NCBI GenBank assembly: GCA_036785375.1 | Contig: JAWMAR010000082.1 | Coordinates: 6,882,001 to 6,946,000, forward strand | Reading direction: 5' to 3' | DNA from: Leucoraja ocellata | Taxonomy: Eukaryota | Length of the DNA stretch: 64,000 nt | Part shown: one piece after another, positions 12,131 to 24,122 of the stretch | Layout of the letters: every line of letters begins with the position of its first letter | Position numbering within the stretch: position 1 is the first letter of the stretch | The notes under the pieces: generated by a model | What the model saw: the letters and a program-made list of their open reading frames with translations, nothing else | Told to the model about the DNA's origin: nothing | Database searches by the model: none | Program-made: the position numbers and the translations under genes

Positions 12131-12306
12131 CATCTATGTAAACATGTCCTGCCGAACAAACCTTTACAGTTAGCTAAGACATGTGCCTCTACTTCTATTG
12201 ACTAGGCCGCAATCCCAGGCCTAGTAGCCAATGGAGATATCTGCAGGAGCCTTGAATGGTTCCAAATATCTCTTGCTAAAAATCCCTCAACTATAAATAA
12301 AAAAAG

Positions 12307-12421
12307 GGGAGAAAGCAGGAGAATGGGGATAGGAGAGAGAGATAGATCACCCATGATTGAATGGTGGAGTTGACTTGATGGGCCGAATGGCCTAATTCTA
12401 CTCCTATTCCTTATAACCCAT
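12307..12421 (+). mobile_element. CR1 LINE 3' tail fragment
   Basis: ggggagaaagcaggagaatggg...tgatgggccgaatggcctaattctactcctatt. Confidence 0.75.
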
Positions 12422-12457
12422 GGAAAAATTAAAATGTGTACACATTATAAACACAAT

Positions 12458-12790
12458 GAGCAGCACAGTGGCACAGATGGAGAATTGCTGCTGCACAACT
12501 CCAAGAAAAAAAGGTTCAATCCTGAAATGCTGTCCTGTGCGTGTGATCCTTTGACCAGATGCGTTTCTTAGTGGTGCTCCAGTTTTCTCTTATATCTCAA
12601 ATCATGTGAACTAGAGGATACATTTTACACGATAAATTGTCCCACGGAAAGTAGTATAAGGTGAAGGGAGTTGATGGGAATGTGGGGGTGAATAAACCAG
12701 GGATTCATGTGGGAATAGTTTAAATAGGTGCCCGATGATCGGCAGGGACCTGGGGGACTGAATGGCCTGTGTTCATGCTGGATGATTCTA
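12458..12790 (+). mobile_element. HE1-like V-SINE, degenerate
   Basis: gcagcacagtggcacagatggagaattgctgc head, GGTTCAATCC B box, gactgaatggcctgtgttcatgctg tail. Confidence 0.7.
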
Positions 12791-12880
12791 TATGAAAATG
12801 AATACACTTAGGAATACTCAAAATGCACCCAACCAAACTCAGTTAATTCAAGCAATGGAAGTAAACACCTTGTAGATCCT

Positions 12881-12981
12881 AGGTAGACACAAAATGCTGG
12901 AGTAACTCAGTGGGTGAAGCAGCATCTCTGGAGAGAAGGAATGGACAAGGTATCGGGTTGAGACCCTTCTTCAGAATGATC
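12881..12981 (-). mobile_element. Penelope-derived short element with 10-bp TSD
   Basis: agacacaaaatgctggagtaactcag...gggttgagacccttcttcaga, flanked by tgtagatcct (12871-12880 and 12982-12991). Confidence 0.82.
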
Positions 12982-13619
12982 TGTAGATCCTCCTCTTCTC
13001 CAGCTAAAAGCATAGCACCGTGTCTTGTGACAGCAGTGTCTATAGAACGTGGATTTTGGCAAAGAACAGGTGCCTTTATTCTCATTTCAATTTTTTATTA
13101 CATTTGGTTTCATAGTTTAATTTTCCATGCAGTTTTAAAATGGAATAATATAAAGTGGTAAACATGTAGGCTTTAGTCTCCCAGGTATTTGGGCAACCAG
13201 CTAGAACTGGTTCATTGAAGTCAGGTGACTCAAAAGTGCTGAGACCTAGGAAACAAAGTCTCTGGGGTTGATGCAAAAACAGCATGTTTTCAGCTCAGCA
13301 TCCTATCACCGTAATGATCACAATCTCCAGACTCTGACGAAGTCACGGTGACAGTGATAATATTAAATAAACCAATACAGAACTATAGGACGACAGGTAT
13401 CGCAGGTTATGCGTTGTATCTGTGACATGTGGGAGTTGATACAAACCATTATGACCCTTGGCCACTACACATCCAGTAATTGTGTACAGCTCAAAGAACT
13501 TTGAGTCAGAGTGAATTGTCTGGAGTTTTAAGCACTGCAATGCATCAGGAAGAGGAAGACTACATGGATACTGTCCTAAAGGCACGCATACATCCTAGTT
13601 TTAATCTTGTTTTTTGCCT

Positions 13620-13880
13620 TTAGAAAGGAGATGAGGAGGAATTTCTTTAGATAAAGGGTGGTGAATCTGTGGAATGCATTTCCACAGACAGCCATGGAGG
13701 CCATGTCAATGGATAGTTTTAAGGTGGAGATTGATTACATTCTTGATAGTGAGGGTGTCAGGTGATGTGGAGAAGGCAAGAGAATGAGGTTGAGAGGGAA
13801 GGATAGATTAGCCATGATTGAATGATGGATTAAACTTGATGGGCCAAATGGCCTAATTCTGCTCCTGGAACTTATAAACC
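13620..13880 (+). mobile_element. CR1 LINE 3' end
   Basis: gagatgaggaggaatttcttt...gtggtgaatctgtggaat and tail gatgggccaaatggcctaattctgctcct. Confidence 0.85.
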
Positions 13881-14581
13881 TATAAATATTAGTTAACTGC
13901 TCAGTCAGGTGGAAGGAAGTGAGGCTGGTTTGGAAATCCAGACAATTGTGGAGCACCAGACTCAGCCCTCAATTCTCTGAAAGATACGAGGTTCTTGCAG
14001 CCTGTGTGATAACAACACAGACTGCAGAGTTGATGAGTAAACTGATCAAAACCTCATGATGTAGGGAGCCTTTCAGGTTTGGAGAATTATAAAGAATTAA
14101 GTAATAAAAGGGGACAGAATAGTCGGGTGGGTGAGATGGGGACAGCGTTCTCTGTAGCTGCAAACAAAAAGTCCCAAACACTGTGTTGCCCAACCATCAT
14201 CTCCTGTGGGCTGAAGAGAAACCCACAGTGGGTGGAGAAAGATCTCAACGTTGTGGTTCACATGGGAACCAATGACTTGGACAGAACAGTAGAAGGTTCT
14301 GCTGAAGGGAAGTTGAGCAGTTGAGTTCCAAATATAAAGGAACCACAAAAGGTGTTTGGATTATCACCTTGGCTATGGGCAAGATGGCACAAGGTAAATA
14401 AGATCGGAGAAATGAATTTGCACCTCAGTTAGGTATGAGAGAAATGGCTTCCAATTCATGGACACAGGTACCAGTGTTGGAAAATAGAGAGATATTCTGA
14501 TGGGACACGATTTACTTTAATCAGGCTGCTGCAAGCCTCCCGGTGAATCTGCTAGGCTGGAGATAAAAAAAACAACATAAT

Positions 14582-14652
14582 GGTGTGTATACGTATGTGC
14601 GTGCCTGTTTGAGCTCGTATGTGTGTGTGTGCGTGTGTGTGTGTGTGTGTGT
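14582..14652. repeat. Imperfect (GT)n microsatellite
   Basis: gtgtgtgtgtgcgtgtgtgtgtgtgtgtgtgt with degenerate flanks. Confidence 0.85.
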
Positions 14653-15673
14653 CTCTCTAAGTCTGTGTATGTATGCATGATTTGGGGCAAGGGTGGTAGG
14701 ATGGAGATTCTGGTAAGGGAAGTTTAAAAAGTTAAAGGGAAAGGAATGGATTCAGGGGTAACATTACTGCAGTCTATCTGGAAAGAATGGTTTTTCTAAA
14801 CAAAAGAATATACATCCAGTTAGAGTCACAGCAGAGAAAATGGTAAAACAAAAAGACAAACAAAAGGCTCTTTATCTGAATGCAGACAGCTTTAGTAACA
14901 AGATAAGTGAATTAACGGTGCAAATAGAAATAAATGTGCATGATCTAATAGCCATGAGCTATGCGGTTGGAAAGTGAGTAAATCTGGGAATTAAATATTC
15001 CAGGAAACTAGCATTTAGAAGAGAGGCAAGATGGATAAGGTATTGAGACTTTCATAATAATAAAGAATGAGGTAAATGCAGTAAAGAGGAGGGATCATTG
15101 CTTTGAAAATCAAGAAGTGCATTCATCCGAGTGCATCTAAGAAATAGCAAAGGGGGAAAAAAAATTAGGATTTATATATCGGCCGGCAAAACATTTGGGG
15201 CAGTAATATGGGGCACTGCATCAATAAAAAAATATATATAGAGGTGCATGAAACAAGAGGAACACAAAATGAATGGAAGTCTTTCATCCACATTAAAATT
15301 GGGGAAATCAAATGCAGTAATAGTCTAGAAAAAGAATTCATGGAGAATATTCTCGATCAATATGTTGAGGCAACAATAAGGGGAAAGGGTATTTTAGATC
15401 TAGTATTGTGTAACGAGAAAGGGTTAATTGATGTTCTGTTATTATATGGGTCTTTAGGGAATAATGATCGCAATACCGTATAAAGTAATATAAAAGGATG
15501 AAAGTGATTTAGTTCAAACTGAACCTAGTATCTTAAGTCTGAATAAACTTCACAACTAAGGGTTATGAAAGTGACAAACTACCTTAAAAAGTAAAATGTT
15601 TTATAACATTATAAAAAAGTAGTTAGAGTTAACGTGGGTCCCTTACAAAATTAAATTGGGAGAAATTAAGGGA

Positions 15674-15751
15674 AGATAGACATAAAAAGCAGGACAGGCA
15701 GCATCTCTGGAGAGAAGGGTTGGGTGACGTTTTGGGTCAAGACCCTTCTTA
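15674..15751 (-). mobile_element. Penelope-derived short element nested in old CR1
   Basis: agacataaaaagc...aggcagcatctctggagagaaggg...ggtgacgttttgggtcaagacccttctt. No clear TSD. Confidence 0.75.
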
Positions 15752-16555
15752 ACATGGAAGAGGGAAATAAATTTAAACAATGTTTTGATCGTTTCTTCTG
15801 AGAAGACATGGGAATATCTCACACAAACAAAATTTCTGGAATGATTGAGAAGCTCAATAAAAGTGCATCAGAACAAAATAACTTTTGACCGAATAAAGGT
15901 ACTGAAAGGGAGCCCGATTTCAAAGGCTTTGAAGGAGGTGGCTATAGATGAAGCACCAGTTGTCACTTTCCAAAATTACATTGAACTGCTACAAAAGACT
16001 GGAAGGCAGAAAGTGTAACCAATATGTCAATAGTTTTAGGAAGCAAGGTTGAGAGAAAACAGGGAAGAATAAAGCAGTCAGCTTTACATCAGTAGGAGGG
16101 AAAATGTTAAAAAGATGTTTATAAGGAAGTGGTAGCAGAGTACTTGAAAAATAGAAATGGGATTTATGAAAATAAAATTATATGTGTCAAACATACGTTT
16201 TTTGAGGTTATAACCAGGTGTTTCAATAAAGGCAATACATCTATGTTATGTGTTTGAATTTTCAGGGGGTATTTAATAAACTGCCACATGTGAGATTATT
16301 AAATAAAATTAGAGTGCTCAGTATAGGCGATCATATCCTGCAAAAGGCTGATAATCAGTTAATGGACAGAAAATAACAGTGCATGAAACAGTACAGCACA
16401 GAAACAGGCTGTTCAGCCCACAATGTCTGTGCCGAATATGATTGCAAGCAAATCAATAAATTGCTTTTGTATTGGAAACCAGTGACTACTGGAGTCCCAC
16501 AAGGATTGATTCCCCTTGATTGAGTACCCCACTTTTCATAGTCTATTTCAATGAA

Positions 16556-16646
16556 GATAGGCACAAAATGCTGGAGTAACTCAGCAGGCAGGCAGCATCT
16601 CTGGATAGAAGGACAGGGTGACCTTTCATGTCAAGACCCTTCTTCA
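16556..16646 (-). mobile_element. Penelope-derived short element with 9-bp TSD, nested in CR1 RT
   Basis: Family body flanked by ttcaatgaa (16547-16555, 16643-16651). Removing it restores tatttcaatgaattggat (YFNELD, matching the CR1 RT YINDLD motif). Confidence 0.82.
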
Positions 16647-17257
16647 ATGAATTGGATTGAGAGTAATATATCTAAGGTATTGATGATACGAATTTAGAGG
16701 AAAAAGTAGTCCGAGGAAAATGCAAAAAAGCTTCCAGTACTATAGATAATCAAAGTAAATTGAAAAGGCACGGAGAAATGCAAGGTCATCCATTTCAGTA
16801 GCAAAATAGAAAAATAGTTTTTTTTTCATGTGATTGAATGGTGTTGATGTTCAGAGGGTCCACGAATCTCGCGTACACGAATCACCGTGTTAGCATGTAG
16901 ATACAGTAAACCGCTTGGAAATCAAAAGTTGTGTTGGTCTATATTGCAAAAGCTTTCGAGCATTAAAGTAAATACGTCTTGCTCCAATTACACAGGGGCC
17001 TGCCAAAACCACATCTGGAATATTACGTGCAGATCTGATCTCTGTACCTGAGGAAGTTTATACTTGCAAGAATGGGAGTGCAGCAAAGGTTCACCAAATT
17101 GACTCCTGGTATGGCGAGTTGGTTGTATAAAGATAAATTAAGCAGGCTGTGTCTATATAGTCTCTTGAGTTCTGGAGCAGGAAAGGTGATCTCATTGAAG
17201 TAGATAAAATTCCCAAAGGGCTTGATGGAGTAGATGCAGAGCTGCTGTTTCCCCTTA

Positions 17258-17364
17258 AAAAATGGACACAAACTGCGGGAGTGACTCAACATGTCCGGCA
17301 GCATTTCTGGAGAACATGGATCTTTTGGGTCGGGACCCTTCTTAAGACTTCTTCTTTGGGATCC
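17258..17364 (-). mobile_element. Penelope-derived short element with 9-bp TSD, nested in CR1
   Basis: gacacaaactgcgggagtgactca...gggtcgggacccttctt, flanked by ttcccctta (17249-17257, 17365-17373). Confidence 0.75.
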
Positions 17365-18129
17365 TTCCCCTTACTGGGCTGTCTAAAAATGAGATATCGT
17401 CTTCCCAAAGTAGGAGTCAGAGATGATTCAGAGAGATTCCTTCACCCAGAGGGTAGTGATGAATCTTTGAAATTCTCTAACCTAAAAATGCTGTGGAAGC
17501 TCGACTGCTGAGTGTATTCAAGATAGAGTCTTAATTATCGATAGTAAGAGAACCATGAGATGTATGGTTAAAGCAGGAAAGTGGCCCAGAGGTAAAAGAT
17601 CAGTGGATGGAAAGGCTGTGTGGGCACCAGGGTCTAAACGTCCTCCTCTGGCTTTCACTTCTTAGTTAAGTAAATTGAGATGTTGTTCACTGCAGATGCT
17701 TTTCTGTGTATTTCAAGCATAATGATAAAATTCCACTTTGCTGCTGGATTCTACGAGAAGGCAGATGTCAGATCACAGTTAGGAAACGGCTGGAAGAAAG
17801 TGGGTGGCAGGTTCAGTGCCTTCACATTTATACACATATACGGGAATCTCAAACTTGGTGGCACTTAACACAGCCAAATGCCTCCAAGTCCACCTGGAAC
17901 TGTTAGCATTTACCTGCACTATTCATGACATTATTATTTTGTGCTGATGCACAATATAAGGTGGTAATAGAGCGTAATATACTGAAAATGAAAATGTTCC
18001 CTATTACATAAAATATTTTAAGTAGTGCTGCTTACATTCTAAAACTGATGTAAAATAAATGATATATAAAAATCACATTGTTATGGGTGTGAATCATCAG
18101 GAATTAGGCACATTCCCTTTCCTTCTTGC

Positions 18130-18452
18130 TTAGCCTCACCTTTTTTAGATTCCTTACTTATTTTATTTTTATTTTCTCAAGGCCCCCCTTTTCTGTGGGG
18201 CCTTTTTTTTCTTCTTTTCTTCTCACATTTTTAAGCACGTAGCTACTTAACCATTATCATTCAGTTAACGCCAACTACTGCGGACCACACTCCACTACTA
18301 TCCTCACTCTTTTCGTCATTCTCTTTTTTCTTTTCTCTTTTTCTATTATAGGTTAAAGTTTAAAAAGAAAGTTGTACAAGAAATGTAATATGGTGCATAT
18401 TATGATTAAGATGTATGTACATTGCTTCTAATAAAATTAAAATTTAAAAAAA
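18130..18452 (+). mobile_element. Possible L1/Tx1-like 3' UTR fragment
   Basis: T-rich stretch ending in ...tgtacattgcttctAATAAAattaaaatttaaaaaaa. No coding remnant seen. Confidence 0.35.
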
Positions 18453-19544
18453 CTCAATGTGGAACCACAAAAAAAAAAAAAAAAAAAAATCTCACTGTTG
18501 CTAGCAATCCTTATCCTGTTGATTATTATGGCACAAACCAAGTTGAATTCAGCCTGCTGCCCAGATTCTCTCACCTGCCCACATTTCCCTGGGGTGAAAA
18601 TGGAAGGTCAAACAATCGGCCTCCCTTGCACGAGACACCTTGTAGGTGAGAAGTGAGGCCTCAGTTGTCAGTGGGCTTCAGATGGTGAATGCTGGTGTCA
18701 TGCCCCACAAGACCCCGACTGTCCTTGATAGGAGGCAAGTCTAAAGGCTTTGTCTCCTGTCAAAGACCCGTAGAAACTACAGAGTCAAATAAATAAAATA
18801 AATAATACAATCTTTAAAAAAGTAAAAATTACAATGAATCAGAACGAAGAAATAGTGGGAAGCGGTGAAATAAAAGTTGAGTCCAGTAATGGAACGGAGA
18901 GGCAGCATTTGCTCATCTGCACATCCCAGACTTTCTACAGGTCTGGAATGTACTTACCTAGGAGCAGTGGAATTCCTGCAGTTCACCATGGAACTATTAT
19001 CCACAGCCTGTTCGTTTCTGCTCAATGACTTGTTTACCAAGAAAGATTACTAAATAAAATGCCAGCTTAAAAAAGATGGAAAAATGAAGTTATTCGACAT
19101 CCCTTTTGATTGCTTCAACGTCCCATTTGCCAACAGCAATGAAAGCAATGAATGCAATGAACAGTTTGTCATGCCAAGCAGAATCCAGCTCAGAAATGAA
19201 ATCGGTCAAAACCTAGCCATCTACCTAAGATGACTATACTAGAAGTATCCTGGACAGTAATGTTTCTGAATACTATTCATTCAAAATGCTGCCGCTCACA
19301 TTCTCAGCATCACAGAGAAAAGAAAGATTTATAAACTACCTATAGTGGCCGTTCAGGAAGTCCCACACTAATTACCTTGTTCTTTCTCTGTATTTTCCAA
19401 GTTTATCTCCCTTTTCTGCTAAATGAATCCATCTCAGCCTAACTTAGCAACTTCCTTTAAATAAACCTCCTTTCTTCTGAGAGTGGATCACGTGAATGTT
19501 ATTTTTCTCATCATCCACTCTTCTGTTGATGGCCAGGGCATCTT

Positions 19545-19849
19545 CATAAGTTCATAAGTGATAGGAGCAGAATTAGGCCATGTGGCCCATCAAGTCTACT
19601 CCGCCATTCAATCATGGCTGATCTATCTCTTCATCCTAACCCCATTCTCCTGCCTTCTCCCCATAACCCTGGACACCTGTACTAATCAAGAATCTATCTA
19701 TCTCTGCCTTCTGTGGCAATGAACTCTACAGATTCACCACCGTCTGACTAAAGAAATCCTTCCTCATCTCCTTCCTAAAGGGACGCCCTTTAATTCTGAT
19801 GCTATCACCTCTAGTTCTAGATTCTCTCCACATCCACTCTACCCAAGCC
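19545..19849 (-). mobile_element. CR1 LINE 3' end
   Basis: cataagttcataagtgataggagcagaattaggcc tail and acagattcaccaccgtctgactaaagaaat (reverse of FFSQTVVNL). Confidence 0.85.
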
Positions 19850-21861
19850 TTCAGTAATTACTCAGCAATTACACTCTGTCACCTGGAATTCCCCAGTAGC
19901 TCCTTCTGCTGATCTTTGCCTCATTGAACATAGTCTTTATGAAAGTACCGTACAACTTTACATCATGGAACAATCTGAAATAAAGTATACCCCATATTTC
20001 TGCACATCAATAGGTCATCACACTCGATGCCTAAGTGGAAAGTCTTATGTTTATTTCTCCATAATTTCTTACTTTCTGAGTCACGTTATATCATTCCTAG
20101 CTCCCTGTTTGAAAAGCCTTTTTTAATACTAGAAAGATTTTTGTTATTTCTGTCTCCATTGACAGGCACAAATATAAATAAAATCTTCCAATAGAATGGG
20201 TGCAAGATATTCTTCATTACCAAGGCAAAGTAACAAACCATTTATTTTTGAGTCTCTGGAGGAAACAGTTTCCAATTAGCATATTAACCACGTTCTACTT
20301 GGTGCCTCTTTATAAACATGGGACCATTTTTTTGCTTTAAAAGACATTGCAGAGGATGCTTTATTTCAAATCCATTCTGTGGGGAAAATGTCAAAAAATC
20401 CTTAAGCCTGACAGTTCCATTGAAGGTCATGGCAAGGTTCTGTTGTTGCTTTGCACTTACACCAGGCTCTTGTCAGCTCAATCTGGGAGTCTGCCCAGGT
20501 CCTGCAGTGGTGCTCTAACATGGAATGGTTTCATTGTTGGAAGGATTGTGAATCACCTGGCACCGGTATGAACTTTAAATAGAAAAAGGTCATTGAAGAA
20601 GCAGTGGAATCTGGCTGGGTTGAGAATGTTGGCCTCAGGTGTTCCTTCAATAACTATCACCATCCTTCTTTGTATTGAATATGACTTCAGTCATCGGGGT
20701 GTTTTACATTTAACCCACATTGACGTCAGTTTATTTGACAGCACCGTGGATCTATGTTGGTTAAAAGCTGCCTTGGCATAGTTGACAGTCACACTTGCTG
20801 CTCTTCTGGCATACAGTTCTTGGATCCATGTCTCCATTATGAATATGATAAAGTTGGCAGCCAACTGGTTCTGATAGAACGTAAGCTGAGCGTTGGTGTG
20901 CAGGTTTCTGTGGAACAGGTGCAACCTGATGGCACCATTAATGACTTCATCCATCAATTCACTGATTATTGAGAAGGGGGGGTCTAATCGTACACTAATT
21001 AGTCAGGTTAGATCTGTCTTTTTTTTATAGTAGATATCAGTGTTCCACTTTGTCAGGCAAATTGATGTCAGTGTCACAAAACACTGGAAACGCTTGGGTG
21101 GGAGTTGCTAGATCTGAGGCACACATCTTCAATTTGCAACTCATATTTTTGCCAAATCTTCTTGGCAGTTGGCCAACTTTTAATTTCACATGAAGTGAAT
21201 GGAATTGACCCGGTGCTGGCATTTGTGACGGCCGGGGTCTTGGAAAGGGATAACAGAAATTCGCTGTTCAAAAATCTTCGAATAAAAATGATTCCAAACA
21301 TGCCTTAGGATTTTCACACTGTGCTCACGTTAAGGTTCCCATCAGGAGAACTTTGTTGAGATGGAGGTTATTCCCTCTCAAGGTAATTATCTGACTGTCA
21401 ACTGCTCTTCTCATCTAGATTTGGTTGTACTGCAAAGCTTTGGTTTTAGGGTCCATTTATGTTTGCAGTATGCTAATTTGGTTATTATCGTAGTTTTTTT
21501 CTTTCTAATAGTTTCACAAGCTTGAAACCGCTTTCAAAGTGCTGCATTGACATCTTCTCTACACTCTGCTTTCAATTAGAATACGGTTCGAGGGCTTATG
21601 TTGATAGGGGAACATGTGACCTGTTAAGCCATGTGGTTGCATCTTCTGTGGCACCTAATGTTTCAGCTGATATGCTTTAATACCATGTGGACATTCAGGT
21701 TCTGGGTTTTTATATTATCATATCAAGTGGGATGATAGTGCCACATCATGCAAAGGAAGATATTTCCACCTTTAATTTGTGAGGATCATACAGTAGTTAC
21801 TCATGCTACTTGGTGGTGTACAAGTGTAAACTTGACAGATAATTTGGGATGAACATGGTCA

Positions 21862-22002
21862 AGTCATAGAATCATAGAGCTATGTAACTTGGAAAACAAG
21901 CTGCCCACCTTGTCCACACCAACCAAGTTAGCATATTGGGTGAGTCCCATTTGCAATCATTTGGCTTATAGCCCTCTAAACCGTACATCTGTCCAAATAT
22001 CT
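21862..22002 (-). mobile_element. CR1 LINE 3' tail fragment
   Basis: gtcatagaatcatagag tail and gcccaccttgtccacaccaacc...agtcccatttgc, similar to the copies at 11853 and 52594. Confidence 0.65.
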
Positions 22003-23831
22003 GCTCCCTTAAGTAAATTCTTGCAAGACCAAATACAGACCCAGTCCATATTCTTCAGGACTACACCAACTAAAGTCATGATAGTAATAATAAATTGTTC
22101 GGTGTGGACAATACAATCTTTTACAAAGAGTGAGGGAGAGATGGAGAAGCAAGGGAGAGGTAAGATGCTGTTTATCAAAATCAGTCATTTAAATGGAAGC
22201 AATGAAACTTGATGGGATGCAGAAATATTGCTGGGGACATCCAGAGCCATTCTCAGATTCCCTTATCATGGCATTCCCATCTCAGAGCAGGGCATCCTGC
22301 CGAAGAAATAGTACATTATCAAGGCAGATTATGGAGGAGTGAGGATATGGGATAATAGAAATATTAGATTAAGCTACGTGATGGTTTCCAAACTTTCCAT
22401 GGTTAATTGGTCTAATTAGTCTAACACCGCTCTGTCTTATCCTGAAGTGATGTCTCGTCATTACCAATAGTGCCTTCCAATAGTATGTCAACTGCATGGC
22501 CTACAGGTTTCTAGCCAAACTCAGGGTACATTATGTTTTAATTAAATTGTCTGTATTTCTCTTGCACATTAGTCAGAATGGACAGAGGCTCTCTTTCCTC
22601 AACACATTAGTTGGATTTGGTCAACCTGAAAATTTACAGCAATTTTATCTGATACTATCTGACAAATTAACAGCTTTGCTGAATTCAATCTCTCAGCTAG
22701 CTGTGGTGGGATCTGAACCATCAGAGTTTGTAAGTCAGTGGCTAATTCATTATTTTGAGTACTGTTTGACTCTGCCTCATCTGTTAAGAATGCACAAAGC
22801 TGCACACAAAACAAAAATGTATTTTAATCCATAGCTCTAGTTTATACTTTTTGCATTCTGGTGTTTTTACTGTTATTATTGAAGTTTGAGAAAGCTAGTG
22901 TTATAATGCAACTAGTTCATAGGGAAAATAATGGATTAATTTTGACTACCTGTTTAATCAATAAGTAAATCGCAAGGAGTATGATCCCATACAGGCATTC
23001 TTTAGCCTGAGGAGTAGATTTGTTAGGCTCAGTTTGCTGCTAAAAAAGCAAACGATAGCTTTTACACAAATAACCATAACCACAGAGGTTTTATATTGTC
23101 AGCCTGCTCTTCATTATGGACATGCCTGACCTCATAGTCCCAGTTGGATGGGATTCTAGTGGCTTTCCACAGACAAACAAACATCAAGTACTTACAGGGA
23201 ACAGCCTTGTTGAAATGATTCCTCAATCAACATTATACAGAGCAAATTGGGCTTATTCTATCCAAAATATAATTAGGAACAGCCTACATATGCAGTATAA
23301 GTTGAAAAGGCCTGACTTGTAAACATTATATTTTAAAAGCATCTTCACACAATTGACATCTCAAGGGAGATTTTGTGGGGAGCGGTTTGATCATTATATA
23401 ACTGTAAACTTCTGAATGTTAACATTAGATAATCTCTATCAGATGTTTTCAGCCTCTTCCAATACTTACAAACAGTAGATGAAGCCCAGATGGTTGCCAA
23501 AAGTAGCCAGGAAGGACTGGAAAAGTTCACTCTATCAAACACAAGCTTTCATTGCGTGGGATCATTTATCTAAAACTTTCGAACTCATTTTTCTTTATGA
23601 CGGACTACTATTTTACTTACTCCATACAGTGGTGTCAGTGACTTTTAAGTGTTCAAGTTGAATACAATGAAAAGATCATAATCATAGAATGTATTTTCTG
23701 TGAAGCTCTCAAAAACGGCAAATAGAGGATGTGATTTTCCTCACTTAAAGGTGGAAAAAATGCCGTGTTAGGCCATAGATACCACGTCTAAAGCAGCTTC
23801 CCGGAGAAAACCATGGAGCACGGTCAGAGAA

Positions 23832-24122
23832 GGGTGGCACAGTGGTGCAGCAGTAGAGTTGCTGCCTCACAGCGCCAGAGACCCAGGTTCGATCCTGAGT
23901 ACGGGTGCTGTCTGTATGGAGTGACCTGCGTGGGTTTTCTCCGAGATCTTCGATTTCCTCCCACACTCCAAAGGAATACAGGTTTGTAAGATAATTGGAT
24001 TGGTACAAATTGGTATAAATTTTCCCAAGTGTGTGTAGGATAGTGTGCGGGGATCACTGGCCGGCGGGGACTTAGTGGGCTGAAGGGCCTGTTTACGCGC
24101 TGTATCTCTAATCTAAACTAAA
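23832..24122 (+). mobile_element. HE1-like V-SINE (tRNA-derived)
   Basis: Pol III A box (tggtgcagcagt) and B box GGTTCGATCC (23886-23895), central gcgtgggttttctcc...ttcctcccacactccaaa V-domain, CR1-like tail gggctgaagggcctgttt...tgtatctctaatctaaactaaa. Confidence 0.9.

Larger units (their letters stand above)
13960..17665 (+). mobile_element. Old, long, heavily decayed CR1 LINE (ORF1 esterase + ORF2 EN/RT remnants) with nested insertions
   Basis: ORF1 SGNH-esterase motif VVVHMGTNDL (ORF 14079..14324). Endonuclease start KALYLNA..NK..EL (~14865) and LDQYVEA..RGKGILDLVLCNE (15208..15483). RT remnants VTTGVPQG (~16481) and GVQQRFTKL (~17075). Confidence 0.8.

Noticed and set aside
12201-12225. 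Hairpin actaggcc-N9-ggcctagt as a structured RNA or MITE
   Set aside because: Only an 8-bp stem, with no second copy and no TSD.
22225-22315. Possible DeuSINE-like ancient SINE remnant (also aagatcccatggc near 2614)
   Set aside because: Similarity is limited to about a dozen nucleotides recalled from memory and cannot be supported without an HMM search.
23832-23900. tRNA gene (A and B boxes; also at 63011)
   Set aside because: It is the tRNA-derived head of an HE1-like SINE, continuing into the V-domain and LINE-like tail; no cloverleaf or terminator.
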